Source of the DNA: a virus
Length of the DNA: 43,132 nt
Reading direction: 5' to 3' (one strand)
Virus record (IMG/VR): IMGVR_UViG_3300029616_000014
Span: 1 to 43,132 of that record
The position numbers and the translations under genes are program-made. Every line of letters starts with the position of its first letter. The stretch's first letter is position 1. This document shows positions 31,625 through 40,160 of the stretch, piece by piece. The notes beneath the pieces were generated by a model that was given only the letters and a program-made list of their open reading frames with translations, was not told the origin of the DNA and searched no databases.

Positions 31625-32414
31625 GCAGGAGTACAGCAAAGCGCCCGGCATACGCAGATCGCTGCTGTGGGAGATCCGCAGGAGCCCGGCGCATCTGAAA
31701 TGGCGAATGGACAACCCGCCCGAGGCCACCCCGGCGCTGATCTTCGGCCAGGCGCTGCACTGCATGATATTAACGCCATCTGACTTTGGCAGCCAATTTG
31801 TGTTTATGCCTGCCGCAGATCGCCGTACAAAGGCAGGCCGGGAAGCCTGGGACGCGGCGGCGGAACAAGCGCAGGGAAAGACGCAACTGCCTTTTGACTG
31901 GGTAGAGCAGATATCAGGCATGACAAACGCCGTGGCATTTAACCAGGCGGCGGCCAGACTGCTGCGTGGCCCGAACGAGAGTAGCTATTTCTGGTCGGAC
32001 AGCCTGACGAATGAGCTATGCAAGTGCAGGACAGACGCGGAGACCGACATCGGCAATATGCACCTGATTGTCGATCTAAAATCCTGTCAGGATGCGAGCA
32101 CAGATGCATTTATGCGGGACGCGCTGCACTATGGCTACGACGTGCAGGCAGCCATGTACACCGATGGATACAAGGCAGTAACCGGACGGGAAGCATCCTT
32201 TGTGTTTATAGCCGTCGAGAAGAACCCGCCCTACGCGGTGAACATCCTGCAAGCGGATACCCTGTTTATGCAGCACGGCCAGGACCGCTACCGCCACCTG
32301 CTGGGGCTGTACCACGAGTGCAGACAGCGCAACCAGTGGCCGGGCTATACCGGCTTTGACGGCGACATTGCATCCCTCGGACTGCCCGCGTGGCTTGCCA
32401 AGGACTATCAATAA
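31602..32414 (+). CDS. PD-(D/E)XK exonuclease (RecE/DUF3799-type)
   Basis: IVDLKS (D-x-K) and QAAMY (QxxxY) motifs. It lies directly upstream of the annealing protein and SSB. Confidence 0.7.
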   Translation: MRMWTVTEQEYSKAPGIRRSLLWEIRRSPAHLKWRMDNPPEATPALIFGQALHCMILTPSDFGSQFVFMPAADRRTKAGREAWDAAAEQAQGKTQLPFDWVEQISGMTNAVAFNQAAARLLRGPNESSYFWSDSLTNELCKCRTDAETDIGNMHLIVDLKSCQDASTDAFMRDALHYGYDVQAAMYTDGYKAVTGREASFVFIAVEKNPPYAVNILQADTLFMQHGQDRYRHLLGLYHECRQRNQWPGYTGFDGDIASLGLPAWLAKDYQ

Positions 32415-32426
32415 CAGGAGGACATT

Positions 32427-33299
32427 ATGAGCGAGATTACCAACTATCAGCAGGCCCCCAACATGCCTGTGCCGCAGAACGTGCCCATGGGCAACATCAA
32501 TCAGGGCACAATCGCCATCGAATCCCAGCGCGCCATTGCCGAGGCGCAGGCCAAGCTGCTTGTGGCGCAGCGCTTCCCCCGTGACGAGATCGCGGCCTAC
32601 AACCGCATGTACCGCGCCTGTCAGCGCAAGAGCTTCGCCGAGAAGGCGTTTTTCAACTTCCCCCGCGCCGGCGGTTCTGTCAGCGGCCCGACCATTCGCC
32701 TGGCCGAGGAGCTTGCCCGCTGCTGGGGCAATGTGGACTACGGTATCAAGGAGCTGTCGCAGGACAATGGCAAGTCTGAGATGCAGGCTTACGCATGGGA
32801 CTTGGAGACCAACACCATTTCCAGCCAGAACTTTACCAATCCCCACATGCGCGAGGTGACGGAGAAAGACCCCGTGACCGGGCGCAAGGTCAGCGTAAAC
32901 AAAGAGCTGACCAGCATCCGCGATATCTACGAGATCAACGCCAACATGGGCGCGCGCCGCATGCGCTCCCGCATCCTGGCTGTGCTGCCTGCTGACTTTG
33001 TGGAGGCTGCCGTCAGTGAGTGTAAAAAGACGCTGGCCGGGCAGAATGACGAGCCGCTGATCGACCGCGTGAAGCGCATGGTGGTGCAGTTTGGCAAGCT
33101 GGGCGTGACCAAAGAGATGCTGGAAAAGCGCCTGGGCTTTGAGGTCAGCCAGATGAACGCGGACGACTTCGCGGAGTACGTCGGCATTTATACCTCCATC
33201 AAGGACAAGGAGACCCGAATTGCCGAATGGTTTGAGCGCAAGGACGAGCCTACAGCACTCAACGAAGCGCTCAAGGCGGAAGGAGCTGAAAAGAAATGA
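32427..33299 (+). CDS. Putative single-strand annealing protein (recombinase)
   Basis: 290 aa, located between the exonuclease and SSB. RBS aggagga. The family could not be assigned by eye. Confidence 0.5.
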   Translation: MSEITNYQQAPNMPVPQNVPMGNINQGTIAIESQRAIAEAQAKLLVAQRFPRDEIAAYNRMYRACQRKSFAEKAFFNFPRAGGSVSGPTIRLAEELARCWGNVDYGIKELSQDNGKSEMQAYAWDLETNTISSQNFTNPHMREVTEKDPVTGRKVSVNKELTSIRDIYEINANMGARRMRSRILAVLPADFVEAAVSECKKTLAGQNDEPLIDRVKRMVVQFGKLGVTKEMLEKRLGFEVSQMNADDFAEYVGIYTSIKDKETRIAEWFERKDEPTALNEALKAEGAEKK

Positions 33300-33679
33300 T
33301 CAACAGCGTAGCGATTCAGGGGCGGCTTGCCCGCGACCCGGAGATTAAGACCACCCAGAGCGGCATTGCGGTTGCCAATTTTACCGTGTGCTGGTCGGAC
33401 AAATACAAGGAAACCGAGACCCGGCTGTTTTTGCCCTGCAAGGCGTGGCGCGGCACGGCGGAGTTTGTGGGCAAGTATTTCCGCAAGGGGCAGGAGGTTG
33501 CGGTGGACGGCCGCCTGATCGCCGAAGAATGGGAAAAGGACGGCGAAAAGAAGAGCCGCGTGGTGCTGGATGTGCGCAATGTGCATTTCTGCGGCAAGCG
33601 GGATGACAGCCAGGGCGCCGCTGCGGAGCCTGCGGGAAGCCAGCCGGTGCAGGTGGAGGATGAAGGTCTCCCCTTTTAA
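33296..33679 (+). CDS. ssb: Single-stranded DNA-binding protein
   Basis: OB-fold N-terminus MINSVAIQGRLARDPEIKTTQSGIAVANF. Gly/Gln/Ala-rich linker and acidic tip EDEGLPF. Confidence 0.9.
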   Translation: MINSVAIQGRLARDPEIKTTQSGIAVANFTVCWSDKYKETETRLFLPCKAWRGTAEFVGKYFRKGQEVAVDGRLIAEEWEKDGEKKSRVVLDVRNVHFCGKRDDSQGAAAEPAGSQPVQVEDEGLPF

Positions 33680-33710
33680 CCCTTAACCGAACAGAAAGAA
33701 GGTGAAGCCC

Positions 33711-34190
33711 ATGCTGCAGGGAACGACGATCATCTATGACACCCGCGAGCACCCCAGCGCCATCGCCGGTACGCTGCGCACAATCGAGCGTGCAGGCGTT
33801 ATGACAACGCGCCGCAAGCTGGACGTTGGCGACTGGATGCTGGACGGGCACCCCGAGATCGTGATCGATCGCAAGCGCAACCTCAACGAGCTGTGCACCA
33901 ACCTGTGCAGCCCGGACAAGGGGCGCTTTTACCGCGAGGTGCGTCGCGCCCATGCAGCGGGCATTCACCTGTTTATTCTGTGCGAGCACGGCAAGGGGAT
34001 CACCTGCTTGGACGATGTAAAGACCTGGGTCAATACGCGCGGCAGGGTGACGGGCAGGCAGCTCTACGAAGCGATGCTGCGCTGCCATATGGCCTACGGG
34101 GTGGAGTTTCTGTTCTGCGCGAAAGCCCGGACAGGGCACAAGATCATGGAGATATTGGAGGACAACTGCCATGGCAATGGACATCAATGA
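33711..34190 (+). CDS. ERCC4-like nuclease / Holliday-junction resolvase candidate
   Basis: DTRE...VGDWML....IVIDRKRNLNELCTNL resembles the ERCC4 GDx(n)ERKx3D core. Confidence 0.5.
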   Translation: MLQGTTIIYDTREHPSAIAGTLRTIERAGVMTTRRKLDVGDWMLDGHPEIVIDRKRNLNELCTNLCSPDKGRFYREVRRAHAAGIHLFILCEHGKGITCLDDVKTWVNTRGRVTGRQLYEAMLRCHMAYGVEFLFCAKARTGHKIMEILEDNCHGNGHQ

Positions 34191-34401
34191 GCGCAAGGCG
34201 CAGGTAAAGGCCATCTTCCGGGACACCTACAACTGGTGGCTGGCCAACTGCGACCTGGACATGACGGAGCAGTTTTTCATCACCGCCGCCAGAGAGATGG
34301 TTAAATTGTCGGACGCGGGCGACCCGCTGAAGAACAGCATCCTGCTGGCCGTATACGGCGAGTATGAGCGCATCGCCAGGGAGCAGCACCCCCATGATTG
34401 A
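34171..34401 (+). CDS. Hypothetical protein (76 aa)
   Basis: RBS ggagga lies 8 nt upstream. No motif recognised. Confidence 0.55.
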   Translation: MAMDINERKAQVKAIFRDTYNWWLANCDLDMTEQFFITAAREMVKLSDAGDPLKNSILLAVYGEYERIAREQHPHD

Positions 34402-34900
34402 TTACAGGCGCATCCGGGACGAGGTGCCCATGGAGCGGCTGTGCAGCCTGATTGGCATCCCCGTCCGGCACGGCTTTGCGGTGTGCCCGCTGCATCGCGA
34501 CAGCAACGCCTCCATGCGCGTGTACCCGGGAGACAAGGGCTTTTACTGTTTCGGCTGCCATCAGGGCGGGGACGTGATCGACTTCCTGGCGCTGATCACC
34601 AAGCAGAGCCGTTCGGACGCGGCGCGGCAGTTGGCGCAGACGTTTTGTATCCCTGCGAGCAAGGCGGCAGCGAGCCGAAGGGAATCGATTTTAAGCAGGC
34701 AAAAGGCGCGCGAAAATCGCTTGCGCATGCGGGACATAGCAAATGCCCTGGCGGAGATATACCGCGCCCAGAACGCAAATATGAGCCGCTGCGCGCCAAC
34801 CAGAGAGGACGCAGACAAACCATGGCCGGAGGCGTTTGAGACCGCGTGCAACCTGCTGCCGGTGATCGACTGCGCGCTGACCATTGCGGACGAGAGGTGA
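34394..34900 (+). CDS. Stand-alone DnaG-type CHC2 zinc-finger protein (168 aa, no TOPRIM)
   Basis: CPLHRDSNASMRVYPGDKGFYCFGCHQGGDVIDFL is the zf-CHC2 signature. The remainder is helical with no TOPRIM acidic motifs. Confidence 0.75.
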   Translation: MIDYRRIRDEVPMERLCSLIGIPVRHGFAVCPLHRDSNASMRVYPGDKGFYCFGCHQGGDVIDFLALITKQSRSDAARQLAQTFCIPASKAAASRRESILSRQKARENRLRMRDIANALAEIYRAQNANMSRCAPTREDADKPWPEAFETACNLLPVIDCALTIADER

Positions 34901-37829
34901 GAGAGATTTGGACTTGAGCAAGCTGGGCACGCCGCAGGACGTACCGCGGTTTCAGCGGGCGGACTTTGACGGCACAGCGCCCTACGACTACATATACAGA
35001 TTCGCCGCCAACGCCTTCCAGATGATGCAGGTGTACAACGTGGTGGCCGCACAGGCAAAGGAATTAGGCGTAAAAAACTTTGCAAAGATGTTTGAATCCT
35101 ATAAGCGCGTACAGCGCGGATCAGGCTACAATCTGGACATCGAGCAGGCGGCGACCAATTTCCCCGATCAGCCCATGGAGCTGCGCTGCGGGCGCTACAC
35201 CTGCGACGCGGGCGGCGTAGCCTGCGAGGACAAGGGCGGCTATCACACGCTGGTGTGCAGCCATCCGCTGATGCCCGTTAAAAGGATGGAAAACATCGAC
35301 ACGGGCGAACAAAAGGTGGAGATCGCGTTTTCACGCGGCGGCGTGTGGCGCTATAACGTGGTGGATCGCACGGTGCTGTCCAGCGCCAACAAGATCGTGG
35401 ATCTGAGCCGGTACGGCATGGACATTACCACCGAGAGCGCGCGGGATGTGGTCAAGTATTTGGCCACCATCGACGCACTGAACTACGACAAAATCGGCGA
35501 GGTGCGTTCCGTCGGCCGTCTGGGCTGGGTGGGGCACGAGCTGTTTTCGCCCTACGTCCCCGATCTGCGGTACGACGGCGATGCAGGCTATGCGGCGACG
35601 TACAAGGCGGTACACCCGCAGGGGTCGCTTACGGGCTGGCTGGAGGCCGCGCGCCATGGCCGGGAGAGCAGCGTGATCACCCGCGTGATGCTGGCCGCGG
35701 CGTTTGCAAGCGTGCTGGTGGAGCCCTGCGACGCGCTGCCCTTTGTGGTGCATGCGTGGGGAGGCACGGGGGCGGGAAAGGCGCAGCCGCTGGATACCCT
35801 GATCATTACCCCTGACGGGAGTAAACGCATGGGAGATATGCGCGTCGGCGATCTGGTCATCGGCGGAGACGGAAAGCCGCACCCCGTGACGGGCGTATAC
35901 CCGCAGGGCATGAAGAATATCTTTGAGATTACATTTGCGGACGGACGCAAGACGCGCTGCTGCAAAGAGCATTTGTGGAACGTAACGACCAGAACGCGCA
36001 GGAACTACGGTCGAGGATACAAGACCATGGAGCTGCAGGAAATGCTGACCAGAAAGTCCATCAAGACTGCAAAGGGCTATGAGTACCAGATTCCGCTTTG
36101 CAAGCCTGTCGAGTATTCTGACAGCGAAGCCCTGCCCATCGACCCTTATCTGCTGGGCGCAATGATTGGCGACGGCTGCATGACCCTGAAGCAGAACAAG
36201 GCCAACTATTCGCGGAACCTGTATTTCAACAACTCGGAGGCTGATGTGATAGTCCGCGTATCTGCTGAGCTGGAAATACACGGCTCGAAGATGAAACGGA
36301 ATCCGCATACTTCCAACCAGTTTGTCCTTACAAACGCGAAATGGCTTAAGGACGCGATTGTAAATCTCGGGCTGAATCAGAACAGCTATCACAAATTCAT
36401 TCCCGATATTTATATGAAAGCATCTCCTGCCAAGCGCAGAATGCTTCTGTGCGGCCTGATCGATACGGACGGCAACGTTGGAGAGAACGGTTCTGTGTCT
36501 TATTCTACATGCAGCGAACGCCTGGCTTACGATGTTCAGCGTCTTGCGTGGAGCCTTGGCTATAAGTCTACTGTTAGCATGTCGGTTCGCCGTGACAAGG
36601 ATGTGCCAGAATACACCGTTTGCATATCCGCCGATGAAGGCGTATTCCTATCCGAAAAGCATAGCTACAACAAGCTCCGCAGCGTCAATCGTAGGAATCG
36701 CGCTGAAGATAAAACAGCCATGTCTATCATCAGCGTAGAGCCATGCGGACAGGCAGAATGTCAGTGCATCATGGTTGATAGCGACGAGCACACCTATCTG
36801 TGCGACGATTTCATTGTAACGCACAACACCGTTGGCCTGATGCTGGCCGCTTCCGTGTGGGCGGATCCCACAGCAGGCGCGTATTACAAGACGTTTAACG
36901 CTACGGGCGTAGGCCAGGAGATGACGGCAGGCTTTCTCAATTCGCTTCCCCTTTGTCTGGACGAGCTGCAGGTGATCAAGGACAAAAAGGACTTTGACCA
37001 GACGATCTACACCCTGTGCGAGGGCGTAGGCCGGTCACGCGGCGCCAAGGCGGGCGGCCTGCAGCGCATGCAGACGTGGCGCAACGCCATCATCACCACG
37101 GGCGAGATGCCCATCACAAACGCGGACAGCGGCGGCGGCGCGGTGAACCGCGTGATCAACATGGACTGTCAGGACGAGAAGCTGTTTGCCGATCCGCGCT
37201 GGGCGGTATCCGTGATGCGCAGGAACTACGGCCACGCGGGCCGGGCGTTTGTGGAGCACCTGACGGGCGGCGCGATGGAGCGGGCGAAGGAGCTGCAAAA
37301 GGAGTACTACGCCAAGCTCACCGAGCAGGACAGCACGGAGAAGCAAGCCCTGAGCGCGTCCCTGCTGTTGGCGGCGGATACCCTTGCAACGGAGCTGCTG
37401 TTTCAGGACGATCTTGCGCTGACGGTGGAAGACCTTGCGCCCATGCTCGTGACCCGCGCGGAGGCCGACGTCAACGCCCGCTGCTACGAGTGGCTGACGG
37501 GCTTTATCGCGGTCAACAGCAACCGCTTTGATGAATCGGCGGACAACAAGGGCGAGGTGTGGGGGAGGATCGAGGGCGACACGTGCTACTTTGTGGCAAC
37601 CAAATTTGAGCAGGTAATGCGCGAGTACGGCTATTCCAGCAGCAGCTTCCTATCCTGGTGCAGCCGGGTTGGCAAGATCAAGAGGCAGGATGGGAAGAAC
37701 TACAAGAGCGTCGTGCGCATCCGCAAGAACAACACGCGCTGTCTGCTGATCTGCATGCCGCCTGATGGCTTCGTGGAAGTGGATGACGACGAAGATTTCC
37801 CTTTTGAGCAAACAAAGGTGACAATGTAG
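34884..37829 (+). CDS. SF3 replicative helicase (DUF927/D5-like), interrupted by an intein in the Walker A loop
   Basis: The extein junction reads HAWGGTGAGK|...|TVGLMLAA. Splicing would restore GTGAGKT. Downstream segment LDELQVIK is Walker B-like. The start is probably TTG 34908, after gaggtg. Confidence 0.8.
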   Translation: MRTRGERDLDLSKLGTPQDVPRFQRADFDGTAPYDYIYRFAANAFQMMQVYNVVAAQAKELGVKNFAKMFESYKRVQRGSGYNLDIEQAATNFPDQPMELRCGRYTCDAGGVACEDKGGYHTLVCSHPLMPVKRMENIDTGEQKVEIAFSRGGVWRYNVVDRTVLSSANKIVDLSRYGMDITTESARDVVKYLATIDALNYDKIGEVRSVGRLGWVGHELFSPYVPDLRYDGDAGYAATYKAVHPQGSLTGWLEAARHGRESSVITRVMLAAAFASVLVEPCDALPFVVHAWGGTGAGKAQPLDTLIITPDGSKRMGDMRVGDLVIGGDGKPHPVTGVYPQGMKNIFEITFADGRKTRCCKEHLWNVTTRTRRNYGRGYKTMELQEMLTRKSIKTAKGYEYQIPLCKPVEYSDSEALPIDPYLLGAMIGDGCMTLKQNKANYSRNLYFNNSEADVIVRVSAELEIHGSKMKRNPHTSNQFVLTNAKWLKDAIVNLGLNQNSYHKFIPDIYMKASPAKRRMLLCGLIDTDGNVGENGSVSYSTCSERLAYDVQRLAWSLGYKSTVSMSVRRDKDVPEYTVCISADEGVFLSEKHSYNKLRSVNRRNRAEDKTAMSIISVEPCGQAECQCIMVDSDEHTYLCDDFIVTHNTVGLMLAASVWADPTAGAYYKTFNATGVGQEMTAGFLNSLPLCLDELQVIKDKKDFDQTIYTLCEGVGRSRGAKAGGLQRMQTWRNAIITTGEMPITNADSGGGAVNRVINMDCQDEKLFADPRWAVSVMRRNYGHAGRAFVEHLTGGAMERAKELQKEYYAKLTEQDSTEKQALSASLLLAADTLATELLFQDDLALTVEDLAPMLVTRAEADVNARCYEWLTGFIAVNSNRFDESADNKGEVWGRIEGDTCYFVATKFEQVMREYGYSSSSFLSWCSRVGKIKRQDGKNYKSVVRIRKNNTRCLLICMPPDGFVEVDDDEDFPFEQTKVTM
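35781..36827 (+). mobile_element. 349-aa intein with LAGLIDADG homing endonuclease (Ala1, class-3-type W/C/T hallmarks)
   Basis: Block A is AQPLDTLIITPDG. Block B is CCKEHLW. Two LAGLIDADG motifs are present: LLGAMIGDGC and LLCGLIDTDGNV. Blocks F/G are CQCIMVDSDEHTYLCDDFIVTHN, followed by +1 Thr. Confidence 0.85.
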
Positions 37830-37846
37830 CCCAAAGAGGAAACGCC

Positions 37847-37983
37847 GCTACGACTGCTACGACCGCTACGAATGCAAATCAAATATTATATTTTCTCGCT
37901 CTCTCTGTTTTTTGTCAAGAAGAAAATGCGCCCTCGCGCACGGAAATAAAAATTTATGTCGTAGCGGTCGTAGCGGTCGTAGC
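37847..37983. repeat. Inverted iteron cluster flanking an AT-rich spacer (candidate origin of replication)
   Basis: gctacgac at 37847 and 37856, and gctacgaa at 37865, all with 9-bp spacing. The spacer is 85 nt and AT-rich. gtcgtagc recurs at 37958, 37967 and 37976, with a fourth copy at 38053-38060. Confidence 0.6.
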
Positions 37984-38085
37984 GATGCATGAAAAACGCA
38001 GGAAAATCAACGGGTTTTAGCGCTACCACTTGAAAGCATCATGTCGTTACAGGTCGTAGCGCCCACGATGAAAGGAAGATACGCA

Positions 38086-38496
38086 ATGAACGACTATCTG
38101 AGCGTCCGGGGAACGAGGGATTTTGCCCGCGTCAGCCCGGAGGAGCTGAACCGCGTACAAATCGCCAGAAACGGTTATCGCCGAAAGAATCGCGGGACAG
38201 CGTCGCAGATCGGCACGATGATCAGCCGGTATCTGTGCGACGGCCTGAAAAGCAGGTGCTGGGACTGCGAGTGCCTGGTGCAGTGCGAGTACGGCAAGCG
38301 GTACATGGCGCTGCTGCGCCAGCGAGAGGCGGACGCGGGACGGCCCTGGATGGGCTACAAGGCGGCCTTAAAGCCGGAGCTGGACGCGTACAGGATCAAG
38401 GTTGCAGAGTGGCACAGGCGGCAATCGGCCAAGAACAAGGGCAACCAGAACGCAAAAGGGAAACGGAGGAAGATGGATGCAGAAGATCACGGATAA
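38086..38496 (+). CDS. Hypothetical basic protein (136 aa)
   Basis: ATG 38086 follows gaaaggaag. Contains a Cys cluster (CWDCECLVQC) and a K/R-rich tail. Confidence 0.6.
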   Translation: MNDYLSVRGTRDFARVSPEELNRVQIARNGYRRKNRGTASQIGTMISRYLCDGLKSRCWDCECLVQCEYGKRYMALLRQREADAGRPWMGYKAALKPELDAYRIKVAEWHRRQSAKNKGNQNAKGKRRKMDAEDHG

Positions 38497-38668
38497 GTAC
38501 GACACGGGCTGGATGGAGTGGAAGACGTGCACCTGGTACGGAAAATGGGTAGCGCGCCCGCGGTGCATCCTCTGCGATCGGTTGATCCCGCGCAGGCAGA
38601 TCCTGTGCCCGGCGTGCAAAAGGGACTGTAAACAGGTCAAGGGACTGAATATGAGGATTGGAGAGTGA
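38477..38668 (+). CDS. Zinc-ribbon protein (63 aa)
   Basis: ATG 38477 follows ggagga. Contains CILCDR...CPACKRDC. Confidence 0.5.
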   Translation: MQKITDKYDTGWMEWKTCTWYGKWVARPRCILCDRLIPRRQILCPACKRDCKQVKGLNMRIGE

Positions 38669-38672
38669 CAGC

Positions 38673-39017
38673 ATGACGATTAACGAGTATCAAAAGCTGG
38701 CGCAGCGGACGAGCCCGGACGACCACAACAAGCTGCTGAACGGCTGCATGGGGCTGGCCGGGGAAACGGGCGAGGTGTGCGACGTGCTGAAAAAGGCGCT
38801 GTTCCAGGGGCATGCGCTGGATAGGGAACACATGATCGAGGAATTGGGCGATTGCGCCTGGTATCTGGCTGAGGTTGCGACCGGACTTGGGGTATCGTTG
38901 GAGGATATCCTGCTGCAAAACATCGCCAAGCTAAAGCGCCGGTATCCGGATGGCTTTGATCCGGAGCGGAGCATGAACAGGGCGGAAATGGACGCTGGAC
39001 AGGAGGATGACAAATGA
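38673..39017 (+). CDS. mazG: MazG-like nucleotide pyrophosphohydrolase
   Basis: INEYQKLAQRT...GLAGETGEVCDVLKK......EELGDCAWYLAEVA...LEDILLQNIAKLKRRYPDGF shows the EXXE/EXXD helices of all-alpha NTP-PPases. Confidence 0.85.
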   Translation: MTINEYQKLAQRTSPDDHNKLLNGCMGLAGETGEVCDVLKKALFQGHALDREHMIEELGDCAWYLAEVATGLGVSLEDILLQNIAKLKRRYPDGFDPERSMNRAEMDAGQEDDK

Positions 39018-39181
39018 TGTATGAGAGTGGCAAAGGACGAGTGATGATATGCATTGATGATCGGCAATGCGCGCTTATACCATCAATTGGGTTTATTTGG
39101 AGGTCTACGTATTGGCGACTTAGGATGGGGTTTATTTGGCTCAATATCCAAGTCAGTATAGGCATTATTCGCAGAAAATAA
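39014..39181 (+). CDS. Possible 55-aa Trp/Ile-rich mini-protein in a low-GC patch
   Basis: RBS aggagga lies 6 nt upstream. Sequence MMYESGKGRVMICIDDRQCALIPSIGFIWRSTYWRLRMGFIWLNIQVSIGIIRRK with the internal repeat [I/M]GFIW. Confidence 0.35.
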   Translation: MMYESGKGRVMICIDDRQCALIPSIGFIWRSTYWRLRMGFIWLNIQVSIGIIRRK

Positions 39182-39327
39182 CGGAGGATGAAAACAATGG
39201 CGAAAATCAAACAGCGTAGAAGAAATGCACGAAATCTATGAACGCATGTGCGACCACGGAAAAGCAAGCCAGTACTGCCAGGATGCTATTAAGGCGCTTG
39301 AGATGATGGATAAGGAGGAAAATCGCA

Positions 39328-39534
39328 ATGGAAAAACTGAAGAATGACCAATGCACAGGCTGTGCGCACGCGGCGATGTGCAAGTATATTTCGGCCTATG
39401 ACCGGGAGGTCAACGCGCTGAACGAGCATATTTCGGATTACAAGCAACTCCTGGACAAATTGCCCAAGCACTTCCACATCAGCGTTTATTGCGATCTGTT
39501 TTTGCCTGCACGCTTAGGCATAGTAAAACGATAA
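39328..39534 (+). CDS. Hypothetical protein (68 aa)
   Basis: RBS aaggagga. Contains a CTGC..C cluster. Confidence 0.6.
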   Translation: MEKLKNDQCTGCAHAAMCKYISAYDREVNALNEHISDYKQLLDKLPKHFHISVYCDLFLPARLGIVKR

Positions 39535-39549
39535 AAAGGAGGCCGAACA

Positions 39550-40017
39550 ATGACAGACAAGGTGCTGTGCCCGTACTGCGGGAGCGAAATGAAAAGCGAG
39601 GATTGGGTTAAAGTAGACGGCGGTTACCTGTCCTATGCTGTGTGCTCAAATAACGCATGCCAGAGTATCGGCCCGACTGTTACTGGCTATGAGACGATGG
39701 CCGAGGCCCGCGCCGCCGCCCTTGCCGCCGCCCAGGCGCGATACCTGCCGCCCAACAGGCCGCTGACGATGGAGGAGGTTAAGGCGCATTGCAAAGGTGG
39801 AACGAGTGCAACGCCATTGTGGGTAGAGTTTGATGAGGGCATTAACAGATGGGTTCAGATTGCTCCTGAAAAGCCGGGATGCGAATTGGATTATGTCACT
39901 GTATTTGTCAGCATAATGTCGTCGTTATATGGCAAGGAATGGCGTTGCTGGCTCCGCAAGCCCACGCAGGCGGAAATGGACGCGGCGGGATGGGGAGGAG
40001 ATGCAACCGATGACTGA
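39550..40017 (+). CDS. Zinc-ribbon protein with Lar-like (restriction alleviation) N-terminal domain
   Basis: CPYCGSEMKS...YAVCSNNACQSIGP..........EARAAALAAAQARY resembles Lar family architecture. The C-terminal 70 aa are unassigned. Confidence 0.4.
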   Translation: MTDKVLCPYCGSEMKSEDWVKVDGGYLSYAVCSNNACQSIGPTVTGYETMAEARAAALAAAQARYLPPNRPLTMEEVKAHCKGGTSATPLWVEFDEGINRWVQIAPEKPGCELDYVTVFVSIMSSLYGKEWRCWLRKPTQAEMDAAGWGGDATDD

Positions 40018-40156
40018 TACACAGCTTATTATCCCCCTGATGGAGGACGCGCTGACCGTGGCCACGCTGCTGATCAAGGCAGGCTACAGGGTGCAGATGC
40101 GCAAGAGCAAGGAGGGTACTGCCAAATACATGTATGTGCTTGAGATTGCGAGGTGA
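40010..40156 (+). CDS. Hypothetical 48-aa protein
   Basis: ATG 40010 follows ggggaggag and overlaps the previous stop codon. Confidence 0.4.
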   Translation: MTDTQLIIPLMEDALTVATLLIKAGYRVQMRKSKEGTAKYMYVLEIAR

Positions 40157-40160
40157 TCGG

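Noticed and set aside
38680-39267. 195-aa minus-strand ORF (and 125-aa ORF) antisense to mazG
   Set aside because: The plus-strand product has unmistakable MazG motifs. The antisense frames are Pro/Arg/Ser-rich with no RBS.
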